From Clostridiales bacterium (GTDB lineage: Bacteria; Bacillota; Clostridia; Saccharofermentanales; Saccharofermentanaceae): DNA of 64,000 bases. Made by a program: the position numbers and the translations under genes. Positions 11,424 through 19,961 of the stretch are shown here, in pieces. The stretch is taken from assembly GCA_017480325.1 (NCBI GenBank), contig JAFVAY010000014.1, positions 2,498-66,497 of the forward strand. The letters run 5' to 3'. The notes beneath the pieces are model-generated. The model was not told where the DNA came from. It did no database searches and saw only the letters and a list, made by a program, of their open reading frames with translations. The stretch's first letter is position 1. Every line of letters begins with the position of its first letter.

Positions 11424-11948
11424 TTATTTCTTTACCTGCCCCTTGCGATACCTACCGAAGAGGATCCCGTCGTCAACATACTTATCCGCTTGAGATACCC
11501 ACATCGGGAACTTTCCCGCCGCGAGTGCCGTCTGCCCGTTCAACATTCCCGTATGAAAAGATATGTGTCTGAACTGTCTTAACACCAGCTCCATCCTCGT
11601 ATGCTCGCAGTTCTCCGGGCACTCGTACAGCATCTCGTCGGTCAGCGAATCGAGGTAGTCGTATGTCTTTTTCTCCACACGGTCGAGGTATTCGAGAAGC
11701 TTTTCATCAGAAAGCACTACGGATGTCGGATTGTCGGGGTTATCCATCCCATCCTCATGAAATTCAGGCTCCTCATATACACAGGGATTTATAAACCACT
11801 TGTCCGCAGAATGAAGCGCGTGATATGCCCACCTCCAGCAGGGCGCGCCGCAGCACAGGGCGTCCCTGTCGTAGGTCTGTATGGACGTCCTTATATTAAG
11901 AAAATTCGGCTTAACCATATCCTTGATAATCATGCACAACTGATTCAT
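11424..11948 (-). CDS. DinB/YfiT-like family protein
   Basis: WAYHAL...RHISFHTG His-triad pattern. Confidence 0.8.
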   Translation of the reverse strand: MNQLCMIIKDMVKPNFLNIRTSIQTYDRDALCCGAPCWRWAYHALHSADKWFINPCVYEEPEFHEDGMDNPDNPTSVVLSDEKLLEYLDRVEKKTYDYLDSLTDEMLYECPENCEHTRMELVLRQFRHISFHTGMLNGQTALAAGKFPMWVSQADKYVDDGILFGRYRKGQVKK

Positions 11949-11971
11949 GAAAACCTCCTGTTATTCTTGAT

Positions 11972-12419
11972 TCATTTATCCATTCCAAGCCACATAATAA
12001 ACGCGGTCTTGTCGCTGCTGTTGTAACCCGCACTCTCGCAGAAATGAAGCGTATCCGGATCTCGCGAGCCGGTAAGCAGCATCATCTTATAGCAGTTCTC
12101 CTGCTGCGCTATCCTTTTCGCGTAGTCGAGGCACTCGCGGGCTAACCCGCGGCGACGGTAGTCTTTATGTGTCACCACATTTTTCCACAAAAGCATAGGG
12201 TCTCACATCACGAGTAAGGTTGGGGATTATCACGCACACGCAGGACGAAACGATCCTGCCGTCAACCTCGTTCACGATGAGGTGGTGATTCGGGTCGCTT
12301 ACTATCTTCTCCCACGTATTTTGAAGATGCTCGCTGTCCTCAGGAATTGAGTCCTCGTGCAGGAACAGATACAACTTCAACAGCGCGCCAAGGTCAGTAA
12401 AATCAGCCTCTCTTACCAT
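11972..12419 (-). pseudogene. GNAT acetyltransferase split by a +1 frameshift
   Basis: ORFs 12165-12419 and 11972-12196 join as ...RPYAFVE/NVVTHKDYRRRGLA if one A is removed from the A5 run at 12180-12184. Confidence 0.8.
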
Positions 12420-13440
12420 ATTCCCACTCCTCCCTCATAAGCGAGTAGTACATCCTTCCCTCGAAGGATCCGTCCTCCATGCGAAAATAATCCCTAAGCT
12501 CACCTTCATAAATGAAGCCGCACTTCTCGATAACCTTACGGGACGCGGTGTTAGACGGTCTCGCGCATATCTGAACTTTGTGAAGCCCTATTGTGTTAAA
12601 GCCGTAGTCTATGACCGACCTGCAGCTCTCAGTCGCATATCCTCTGCCCTGATAAGCGGTCCCGATGCAGTACTCGATCTCGGCAAACTTATTCCCCGTA
12701 TCAACGAGAAAATAAGCTATCTGCCCAATGCACTCACCGCTTTCCTTCTCAATGACTGCCCATCTGTAGTAGTTGGGATTATTATAACCATTGATATACT
12801 CGTCTATGATCGGCTTTACCTCCTCAGAAGTCGCGCAGACCGGCTCCCCGTAGTTAAGCTGAACTTCGGGTTTGCTTATCCAGTTCTTTAACATGGAATC
12901 CACATCGGAATACTCGAACTTTCTTAAGATAAGCCTGTCGGTATAGATGGTCTCGGTATAGGTTTTCTTAAGACTATGCTTCCCGTTATTCTTAATATCA
13001 GCGGCAACACGTCTAATTATCGGCTCATTGATCGGATCGATATTATCCGGAAGATCCTCTACATCAAAGAAACCCTGGGTTAACACCTCTCCGTCAGTTG
13101 CCTTAAGTTCACCCTTAAAGTCCCTGCAGATGTAGAACACCGCGGCTACATAGACCTCATCGCCGTTAGGATAAGTATAATGTGTGTCCCTGCCGGATTC
13201 AGTCGCAAATATCTCCAGCTTCCCGAGTGTCAGACCGGTCTCCTCGAGAACCTCTCGTCTTGCGCACTCTTCAAAGGACTCACCAAGTTCCATTGAACCC
13301 GCAGGGATGCCCCAGAAGCCGTTGTCCACACGCTTCTGAAGAAGGATCTTATTGTCGTCATTTAATATAACGACGCCTGCGCCGCTCATAATAAGAGGTC
13401 GCTGACCTAAGGTTTTACGTAAATCTAAGATATAGCCCAT
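12403..13440 (-). CDS. NUDIX hydrolase fused to a RimJ/RimL-type GNAT acetyltransferase
   Basis: Nudix box GSMELGESFEECARREVLEETGL; C-terminal YQGRGYATE and NTASRKVIEKCGF. Confidence 0.9.
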   Translation of the reverse strand: MGYILDLRKTLGQRPLIMSGAGVVILNDDNKILLQKRVDNGFWGIPAGSMELGESFEECARREVLEETGLTLGKLEIFATESGRDTHYTYPNGDEVYVAAVFYICRDFKGELKATDGEVLTQGFFDVEDLPDNIDPINEPIIRRVAADIKNNGKHSLKKTYTETIYTDRLILRKFEYSDVDSMLKNWISKPEVQLNYGEPVCATSEEVKPIIDEYINGYNNPNYYRWAVIEKESGECIGQIAYFLVDTGNKFAEIEYCIGTAYQGRGYATESCRSVIDYGFNTIGLHKVQICARPSNTASRKVIEKCGFIYEGELRDYFRMEDGSFEGRMYYSLMREEWEYGKRG

Positions 13441-13523
13441 CTGTCCCCCTGTACTTTAACTTTACAATAACTATACACCTGCGAGACCGGATAACTGAGG
13501 CAATGTAATGTAAAAGAATAAAA

Positions 13524-13610
13524 ATGATAAAGAATGATAAAAGTTTACCGGAATGATAAAGAATGATAAAAACCGGGAATAAGTAATATCCCGGTGATAA
13601 ACCCGATAAC
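13524..13610. repeat. Intergenic direct-repeat array, ATGATAAA (spacing 10-19-10) plus degenerate GATAA copies
   Basis: Exact copies start at 13524, 13534, 13553 and 13563; degenerate copies near 13515, 13594 and 13603. Confidence 0.85.
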
Positions 13611-13633
13611 GATCCTTGTATCAACCACGGCAG

Positions 13634-15352
13634 CTACCTTATCTCCTTCATGACCTTGGCAAGCTGCTCCTTGCGTTTGATCTTAAGCGACGTGGTCTTG
13701 ATAAAAGGCTCCTCAGTAAGATATAAGTCAGTTACGCGCTTATAGTGAGGAACTGTCTGGTTTATCTCCTTTACCTTCTCCCAGATGATCTCACGGATCT
13801 GCTCCTTAGAGACCTCGCCGTGAAGCTCCTCTATGTCCTTCTTCGAATACTGTACCTGAACCGCGATTCTAAGGTCAGTCCAGTCTCCGCCGATAGGCTC
13901 GCCAAACACAAAAGAATCCGCGATCTCCGGCACTTTGTTAAGCAGTATTTCGATCTCCTCGGGGAAAGCTTTCTTGCCGTTCTTGAGAACAATCATGTCC
14001 TTCTTGCGCCCCGTTAGGAAGATGTAGCCGTCCTTGTCCATATACCCCAGGTCGCCAGTGTGGAACCACCCGTCAACGATGACCTCGTTAGTCAGCTCCT
14101 CGTTCTTATAGTACCCCAGCATGACGTTGGGCGCCTTGGCACAAAGCTCGCCCATGCCGTCCTCGTCCTTATCCATAAACTCCACCTTGACCGAAGGCAT
14201 CGGGCGCCCGATGGAGCCTGCGCGAATGTGCCCCTTATTCTCAGCCGCGAGAACCGGCGACGTCTCCGTAAGACCATATCCCTGATATATCTCGATTCCA
14301 AGGTCGGTAAAACCCTTGGACACGGCAGGCGACAAGGGCGCGCCGCCGGAGATTATGTACTTAAGCTCTCCGCCCATCTGGGCAATAATGTCCTTGAAGA
14401 GCTTACGACGGATGTCGATGTGAAAGAAAAGAAGAAAGTTCGCAAGCTTCTTCGCGCGCTCGACTGTCTTTGTCTTGCCCTGCTTCTCGATGCCCTTCTC
14501 GATGGTCTCGTACATCTTGTCGATGAGCGCCGGCACCCCCAGGAAGAAAGTGACGCCGTACTCGGTCAGATTCTGCTTTATGTAGCGGATGCCGTCGGAG
14601 AACACCGTGCGCATGCCGTCCGCGATCGCGAAGAGAAGCCCCGTTGACCCCAGTATGTGATGCAGGGGAAGGAACGCGATATTAGTAGAATGCTCGTCAA
14701 ACACCTCGTAAACAAGAAGGTCGCACACGTTGCACGCGATACCCCTGTTCGAAAGCATGACCGCCTTGGACTTTGACGTAGTTCCCGAGGTAAAGAGCAG
14801 TATCGCCATCGACTCGGGTGTCGGCTTAAAGTCGATAAATTCTTTATTGCCGCCTGCTATCAGATCACGTCCTTTATTGATCAGGTCCTCGACTGAACGG
14901 TAGTCTTCGGATTTCGCATTCATACAAATAAACTCGCGGATCTTCGTGCGTCCGTTTGTCTTTATTTGCTCTATCTGCTCTTTATTCTTAACGTCGAAGA
15001 TAACGGCATCCACTTCCGCCCTGATAAGAGAATCCTCCATCTCACCTAACGGAAGTTCCTTGTCTATCGGGACGGATACAATGCCTCCGAACAGGCACGC
15101 CAAGTGCGGCACCACCCAGTAGTACTGGTTACGACCTATGATTGCGATCCTGCCGCCCTTAAATCCGCTGTCGTAAAGCGCGGTGCCCACGGCATTCACG
15201 TTCTCCATGAAGTCCGCATACGTGTAATCTTTATATTCCGGCGCCTTCCCGGGCTTTGTCTTAACACGGAAAGCGACGTCGTCCTTATACATGTTTGATG
15301 TATAAAGTATCAGTTCTTTTATTGTCTCGAAATACTTAGGCTCTTCAGGCAT
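13634..15352 (-). CDS. Long-chain fatty acid-CoA ligase (AMP-binding family)
   Basis: FTSGTTSKSK, GYGLTE and WFHTGDLG motifs. Confidence 0.92.
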   Translation of the reverse strand: MPEEPKYFETIKELILYTSNMYKDDVAFRVKTKPGKAPEYKDYTYADFMENVNAVGTALYDSGFKGGRIAIIGRNQYYWVVPHLACLFGGIVSVPIDKELPLGEMEDSLIRAEVDAVIFDVKNKEQIEQIKTNGRTKIREFICMNAKSEDYRSVEDLINKGRDLIAGGNKEFIDFKPTPESMAILLFTSGTTSKSKAVMLSNRGIACNVCDLLVYEVFDEHSTNIAFLPLHHILGSTGLLFAIADGMRTVFSDGIRYIKQNLTEYGVTFFLGVPALIDKMYETIEKGIEKQGKTKTVERAKKLANFLLFFHIDIRRKLFKDIIAQMGGELKYIISGGAPLSPAVSKGFTDLGIEIYQGYGLTETSPVLAAENKGHIRAGSIGRPMPSVKVEFMDKDEDGMGELCAKAPNVMLGYYKNEELTNEVIVDGWFHTGDLGYMDKDGYIFLTGRKKDMIVLKNGKKAFPEEIEILLNKVPEIADSFVFGEPIGGDWTDLRIAVQVQYSKKDIEELHGEVSKEQIREIIWEKVKEINQTVPHYKRVTDLYLTEEPFIKTTSLKIKRKEQLAKVMKEIR

Positions 15353-15492
15353 AGTCTGTCCTCCGTTACTAATGTTTCTATCCTACTCTATATTATAAAT
15401 TCCTTATTTCTCTAACAACTTGCGTAAAATCCTATGTCTCTAGCTCGCGCGGGCGTGAACGTGTGCTCCGCGACAGGATCATTCAGGATTAA

Positions 15493-15984
15493 CTACCCGG
15501 AGTAACTACCTAATCTTATCTGCTTCCAGCTCTCCAAAAGTCTCTCAGCATTATATGAAGCATTAGCAGGACTTGTTGACGGCAGACAAATTGCCATTCT
15601 GCCAATATCAAGCTCGATGTATCTTTGGTAATACTTAAGCGCCGTCTTGCCGTTTACATATATTTGTCTGATATCTGCTTCCTTGAGAATGATGTTAATA
15701 TCATTCGGGATCACATCCCTAATACTGGCGTCGGAAGAGCCTTCTATCTCGCAGGACCGGATCACATCCCATAAAGCTATGTGATTCCTAAGAAGTAACG
15801 CCTTCTTCTCTTCAATGCTATGCGGGGTATCCTCCTCATAGACTGCCGCAATAGTTTTCCAGAAACGATTCTGAGGATGACCGTAAAAGAACCCCTCTTC
15901 CCTGGATCTTACAGAAGGAAAACTCCCAAGGATCAGTATCTTCGAATTCTTATCATATACAGGTGAGATCGGATGAATAATCAT
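15493..15984 (-). CDS. Uracil-DNA glycosylase superfamily, DNA-deoxyinosine glycosylase-like
   Basis: ILGSFPS, YGHPQNRFW and LPSTSPANA motifs; start reassigned to ATG 15984. Confidence 0.9.
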   Translation of the reverse strand: MIIHPISPVYDKNSKILILGSFPSVRSREEGFFYGHPQNRFWKTIAAVYEEDTPHSIEEKKALLLRNHIALWDVIRSCEIEGSSDASIRDVIPNDINIILKEADIRQIYVNGKTALKYYQRYIELDIGRMAICLPSTSPANASYNAERLLESWKQIRLGSYSG

Positions 15985-16024
15985 AATCAAATAATAGTCT
16001 ATAATTCTCCGGCAATCTATACAG

Positions 16025-16137
16025 ATGGTCTTCAAGTGTGTCCATTTCTTCAAATTGGACACAGTAAAAGTCCATAGAGGGGGTAAATGGTCTTTTGGTG
16101 TGTCCATTTTCGCTTCGTGGACACAGTTGAGGACTCT
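16025..16137. repeat. Intergenic duplicated palindromic unit, ATGGTC-N5-GTGTGTCCA-N11-TGGACACAG-N5-GWCYMT, x2 at 62-bp period
   Basis: GTGTGTCCA at 16036 and 16098, TGGACACAG at 16056 and 16118, ATGGTC at 16025 and 16087. Confidence 0.88.
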
Positions 16138-16152
16138 CGACCCACCACAAGC

Positions 16153-16191
16153 ATAAAAATCGACCGGAGAACACTCCCCGGCCGATAAAAA
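16153..16191 (-). terminator. Rho-independent terminator after the GMP synthase gene
   Basis: Minus strand ATCGGCCGGGGAGTGTTCTCCGGTCGAT followed by TTTT. Confidence 0.75.
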
Positions 16192-16223
16192 GAACTATTC
16201 ACAATTTACAAACATATGTTCTG

Positions 16224-17210
16224 TCACTCGTATTCCACAGTTCCAGTGGGCTTCGGCGTATAGTCATAAAGCACACGATTGATACCCGGAACCTCGTGAG
16301 TGATACGGTCTGTGATCCTGCACATCAGGTCATACTCGATAGGCTCTACTGTGCACTCGACAACGTCAACTGTGTTGATCGCACGGACGATGCAAAGCCA
16401 CTCGAAGGCTCTCTTTCCGTCCTTGATACCTGTTGACTTGAAGTCGGGAACTACTGTGAAGTACTGCCAAACCTTGCCTGCAAGTCCTGCCTTCTCGAAC
16501 TCTTCTCTAAGGATAGCATCTGACTCACGTACTGCCTCAAGACGATCACGTGTGATAGCACCGGGGCATCTTACACCAAGTCCCGGACCAGGGAAGGGCT
16601 GACGGAAGACCATCTTATCGGGAAGACCCAAAGCCTTACCTACCACACGTACCTCATCCTTATAAAGAAGCTTGACCGGCTCAACCAGCTCGAAGTTCAA
16701 CTCCGGCGGCAGACCGCCTACGTTGTGGTGAGCCTTGATACCCTGCTCACTCTCGAGAATGTCAGGATAAATTGTACCCTGACCTAAGTAGCGAATGCCC
16801 TCAAGCTTAGCAGCCTCTTCGGCAAACACCTTGATAAACTCCTCACCGATGATATGTCTCTTCTTCTCGGGATCGGTCACGCCCTCGAGAAGTCCCAGGA
16901 AACGGTCAACCGCATCGATATAGATCAGATTGGCGCCGAGCTCGTCTCTGAACACCTGGCACACCATCTCGGGCTCACCCTTACGAAGAAGTCCGTGGTT
17001 GACGTGAACACATACAAGATTCTTGCCGATCGCCTTGATAAGCAAAGCCGCGACCACCGACGAATCTACGCCGCCGGACAACGCAAGAAGCACCTTGCTG
17101 TCTCCTACCTTCGCCTTGATGTCGGCAATCTGCTCGTCGATGAACTTCAGAGCCAACTGCTCGGTTGTTATTCTTTCCATTGATTCAGGTCTAACATTAC
17201 TGTCTGCCAT
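16224..17210 (-). CDS. guaA: GMP synthase, ATP-pyrophosphatase plus C-terminal domain only (no glutamine amidotransferase domain)
   Basis: SGGVDS PP-loop, QGTIYPD, KAHHNVGG, RQPFPGPGLGVR and KPTGTVEYE; only 328 aa. Confidence 0.9.
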   Translation of the reverse strand: MADSNVRPESMERITTEQLALKFIDEQIADIKAKVGDSKVLLALSGGVDSSVVAALLIKAIGKNLVCVHVNHGLLRKGEPEMVCQVFRDELGANLIYIDAVDRFLGLLEGVTDPEKKRHIIGEEFIKVFAEEAAKLEGIRYLGQGTIYPDILESEQGIKAHHNVGGLPPELNFELVEPVKLLYKDEVRVVGKALGLPDKMVFRQPFPGPGLGVRCPGAITRDRLEAVRESDAILREEFEKAGLAGKVWQYFTVVPDFKSTGIKDGKRAFEWLCIVRAINTVDVVECTVEPIEYDLMCRITDRITHEVPGINRVLYDYTPKPTGTVEYE

Positions 17211-17259
17211 GGTTATCCTCCTGTAAAAACATTTGCGTCTATTTTACTTAATTTTCAAG

Positions 17260-17412
17260 ACAAACAAAAGCCTCTTCGAGGGGGAAGAGGCCTTCGTGCT
17301 ACCGATTTTCATTGCTGATATATGCGGCAGCTCCCTTGGGGGGCAAGGGCAAAATTAAATCGATCGGGCATCCCTTAAGCCCGCGATCATCCGACAAGTG
17401 TTGGACGATGTA
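17260..17412 (-). ncRNA. Structured 5' leader with intrinsic terminator (candidate riboswitch or attenuator) upstream of the guaA-like gene
   Basis: Four successive hairpins, then AGGCCTCTTC-CCCCTC-GAAGAGGCTTTTGTTT, about 50 nt before the ATG. TTGAAT-N17-TATAAA lies upstream. Confidence 0.6.
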
Positions 17413-17446
17413 CGTTATTTATAATAGAATCCAAGTATCAATTCAA

Positions 17447-17471
17447 CCGACAAAACACCGCGAATTGTCGG
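17447..17471. promoter_or_regulatory. Probable TetR operator, CCGACAA-N11-TTGTCGG
   Basis: Perfect inverted repeat between the divergent guaA and tetR starts. Confidence 0.6.
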
Positions 17472-17492
17472 AATAAAGGACAAAGAATCACT

Positions 17493-18077
17493 ATGAGCAA
17501 AAACACTCTCGACACACAGAGGAAAATCATCAGAGCTTTCATAGAGCTTTATAAAACAAAGCCTGTCAAAAGCATACATGTTAATGAGATAGCTGCTCTG
17601 GCTAAGATCAACCGCTCTACCTTCTACGAGTACTACAAGGACTCCTTTGACCTTCTGGACAAAATAGAAGACTATCTGGTCGCCATTGTCTCGAAACACG
17701 TTTACTTCACTCCGTCCGATTTCAGGCGCCAACACATAATAGAGGAGCTTGCATACCGGAAGCATCCCGAAACGGACACATATATCATCCTTCTCCTGCA
17801 GAAGAACGATTCCAATCTTAATTACAAGCTGTCTCAAAAGCTGGTCGATTATATTTACGACACCTACAGCCTCGACCAGAAGGACCCGATAACCAAGTGC
17901 GAGACTGCCGCTTTGTGCGTGTATGTAATAGGCTTTGTAAGAAGATGGATAGAGCTGCAGGACGAGATAAATGCCTTTTCGAGCTGGCAGGAGGCGGAAG
18001 CCACCGTCCTGAGCTCATTAAACGACGGAATTAACGACATAGTAAAGAAAGCGAAAAGAAGAGCCGCCTCGAACTGA
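17493..18077 (+). CDS. TetR/AcrR family transcriptional regulator
   Basis: N-terminal HTH: IHVNEIAALAKINRSTFYEYY. Confidence 0.9.
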   Translation: MSKNTLDTQRKIIRAFIELYKTKPVKSIHVNEIAALAKINRSTFYEYYKDSFDLLDKIEDYLVAIVSKHVYFTPSDFRRQHIIEELAYRKHPETDTYIILLLQKNDSNLNYKLSQKLVDYIYDTYSLDQKDPITKCETAALCVYVIGFVRRWIELQDEINAFSSWQEAEATVLSSLNDGINDIVKKAKRRAASN

Positions 18078-18088
18078 AGCGGCTCTCC
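18059..18088. terminator. Hairpin between the convergent tetR and GGGtGRT genes
   Basis: AGAGCCGC...GCGGCTCT inverted repeat. Confidence 0.55.
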
Positions 18089-18111
18089 TGATAAGACTAA
18101 TAATTAATCTA

Positions 18112-19122
18112 TCAGAACTTGCCTGCGTTAGCAGCTTCCTCAACAGAAACAGCAACAGCAACGGTAGCACCTACCATCGGGTTATTACCCATTCCGATAA
18201 GTCCCATCATTTCAACGTGAGCAGGAACAGAAGAAGAGCCTGCGAACTGAGCGTCAGAGTGCATACGACCCATAGTATCTGTCATACCATAGGAAGCAGG
18301 ACCTGCAGCCATGTTATCAGGGTGAAGTGTTCTACCTGTACCACCGCCGGAAGCAACTGAGAAATACTTCTTACCAAGGTCGTTACATTCCTTCTTGTAT
18401 GTGCCTGCAACAGGATGCTGGAAGCGAGTAGGGTTAGTGGAGTTACCTGTGATGGAAACGCCTACGTTCTCGTGATGCATGATAGCAACACCCTCCTGAA
18501 CATCGTCTGCACCATAGCACTTAACAGTAGCACGAAGACCTGTTGAATAAGGAGTCTCAGAGATTATATTGAGCTTGGCAGCCTTGTAGTCGTACTGTGT
18601 CTCTACGAATGTAAAACCGTTGATTCTGGAGATAATCTGAGCAGCGTCCTTGCCCAAGCCGTTAAGGATAACTCTAAGAGGCTTCTGACGAACCTTGTTA
18701 GCCTTCTCGGCGATACCGATAGCACCCTCAGCTGCAGCGAAAGACTCGTGACCTGCGAGGAAGCAGAAACACTCTGTCTCTTCCTCGAGAAGCATCTTGC
18801 CGAGGTTACCGTGACCTAAGCCAACCTTTCTGTGGTCAGCAACTGAGCCGGGGATACAGAAAGCCTGAAGGCCCTCGCCGATAGCAGCTGCAGCGTCAGC
18901 AGCCTTACGTGCGCCCTTCTTGATAGCGATAGCAGCGCCTACAGTGTAAGCCCAGCAAGCATTCTCGAAGCAGATGGGCTGTATCTTCTTTACCTGAGCA
19001 TAGACATCAAGACCTGCGTCCTTTGTAATCTTCTCAGCTTCTTCAATGGAACTGATACCATAGCTGTTAAGTACAGCATTAATCTGGTCAATTCTTCTCT
19101 CATATGATTCAAATAAAGCCAT
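18112..19122 (-). CDS. GGGtGRT protein
   Basis: Signature SGGGTGRTLHPDN; follows a NifU-like scaffold gene, the usual arrangement for this family. Confidence 0.93.
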   Translation of the reverse strand: MALFESYERRIDQINAVLNSYGISSIEEAEKITKDAGLDVYAQVKKIQPICFENACWAYTVGAAIAIKKGARKAADAAAAIGEGLQAFCIPGSVADHRKVGLGHGNLGKMLLEEETECFCFLAGHESFAAAEGAIGIAEKANKVRQKPLRVILNGLGKDAAQIISRINGFTFVETQYDYKAAKLNIISETPYSTGLRATVKCYGADDVQEGVAIMHHENVGVSITGNSTNPTRFQHPVAGTYKKECNDLGKKYFSVASGGGTGRTLHPDNMAAGPASYGMTDTMGRMHSDAQFAGSSSVPAHVEMMGLIGMGNNPMVGATVAVAVSVEEAANAGKF

Positions 19123-19146
19123 ATTATGCAAACTCCTTTCTTGAGA

Positions 19147-19839
19147 TTATTCTTTTCTCGGATCGATGATCTTAACGGCATCAGCAACTCGACCGTACTG
19201 GCCCTGAGCCTTCTCCCAAGCTGTGTTGGGATCGTCGCCGTTCTTGATGAAGTCTGTCATCTTGCCGAGGGATACGAACTTATATCCGATAACCTCGTTG
19301 TTTGCATCAAGAGCAATACCTGTTACATAACCTTCTGCCATCTCGAGGTAACGTACACCCTTTGCCTTTGTGGCATACATTGTACCAACCTGAGAACGAA
19401 GTCCCTTACCTAAGTCCTCAAGACCTGCACCTACTGCAAGTCCGTCGTCAGAGAATGCACTCTGGGAACGACCGTAAACGATCTGGAGGAAGAGCTCTCT
19501 CATAGCAGTATTGATAGCGTCACATACGAGGTCTGTGTTAAGTGCCTCGAGGATCGTCTTGCCCTGCAGGATCTCGGCAGCCATAGCTGCAGAGTGTGTC
19601 ATACCGGAGCAACCGATAGTCTCGATGAGAGCCTCTTCGATAACGCCTTCCTTGATGTTAAGTGAGAGCTTGCAGCAGCCCTGCTGAGGTGCGCACCAAC
19701 CTATACCATGTGTAAAACCGGAGATATCTTCGATCTTCTTGGCGTGCACCCACTTTCCTTCTTCAGGAATCGGAGCGGGCTCATGCTTGGCGCCCTTTGC
19801 TACAGGGCACATGTTCTCGACTTCTTTTGTGTAAATCAT
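19147..19839 (-). CDS. IscU/NifU-like iron-sulfur cluster scaffold protein (GGGtGRT-associated)
   Basis: GWCAPQQG, ETIGCSGMTHS and LVCDAIN cysteine motifs. Confidence 0.88.
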   Translation of the reverse strand: MIYTKEVENMCPVAKGAKHEPAPIPEEGKWVHAKKIEDISGFTHGIGWCAPQQGCCKLSLNIKEGVIEEALIETIGCSGMTHSAAMAAEILQGKTILEALNTDLVCDAINTAMRELFLQIVYGRSQSAFSDDGLAVGAGLEDLGKGLRSQVGTMYATKAKGVRYLEMAEGYVTGIALDANNEVIGYKFVSLGKMTDFIKNGDDPNTAWEKAQGQYGRVADAVKIIDPRKE

Positions 19840-19961
19840 GTCTGTGACTCCTTTCGGCTATATTATGCGCTGGCTAGGCGCTTGCCTTGTTAATTAGACC
19901 TTAAAATTCTATCACAGACAGGGGGGCTTTATCAATTTGAGGTTGGTGTAATATAGAGGCT

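Noticed and set aside
11237-11572. ORF with VYVLVYV and HRHDHRH repeats
   Set aside because: A by-product of the 12-bp-period DNA repeat; overlaps the DinB gene in antisense and has no RBS.
8798-16137. Repeat arrays as CRISPR or integron attC sites
   Set aside because: Boxes are only 7-9 bp with no 30-40 bp unique spacers; no cas or integrase gene; no RYYYAAC/GTTRRRY cores.
16140-16260. guaA 3' end as a genomic-island integration site
   Set aside because: No integrase and no duplicated guaA 3' end found in the window.
17288-17318. ANTAR-like dual loop (AATGAA ... GAAGGC) overlapping the guaA leader terminator
   Set aside because: The spacing fits, but the 3-bp stems closing the loops do not pair, so it is not supportable as an ANTAR site.
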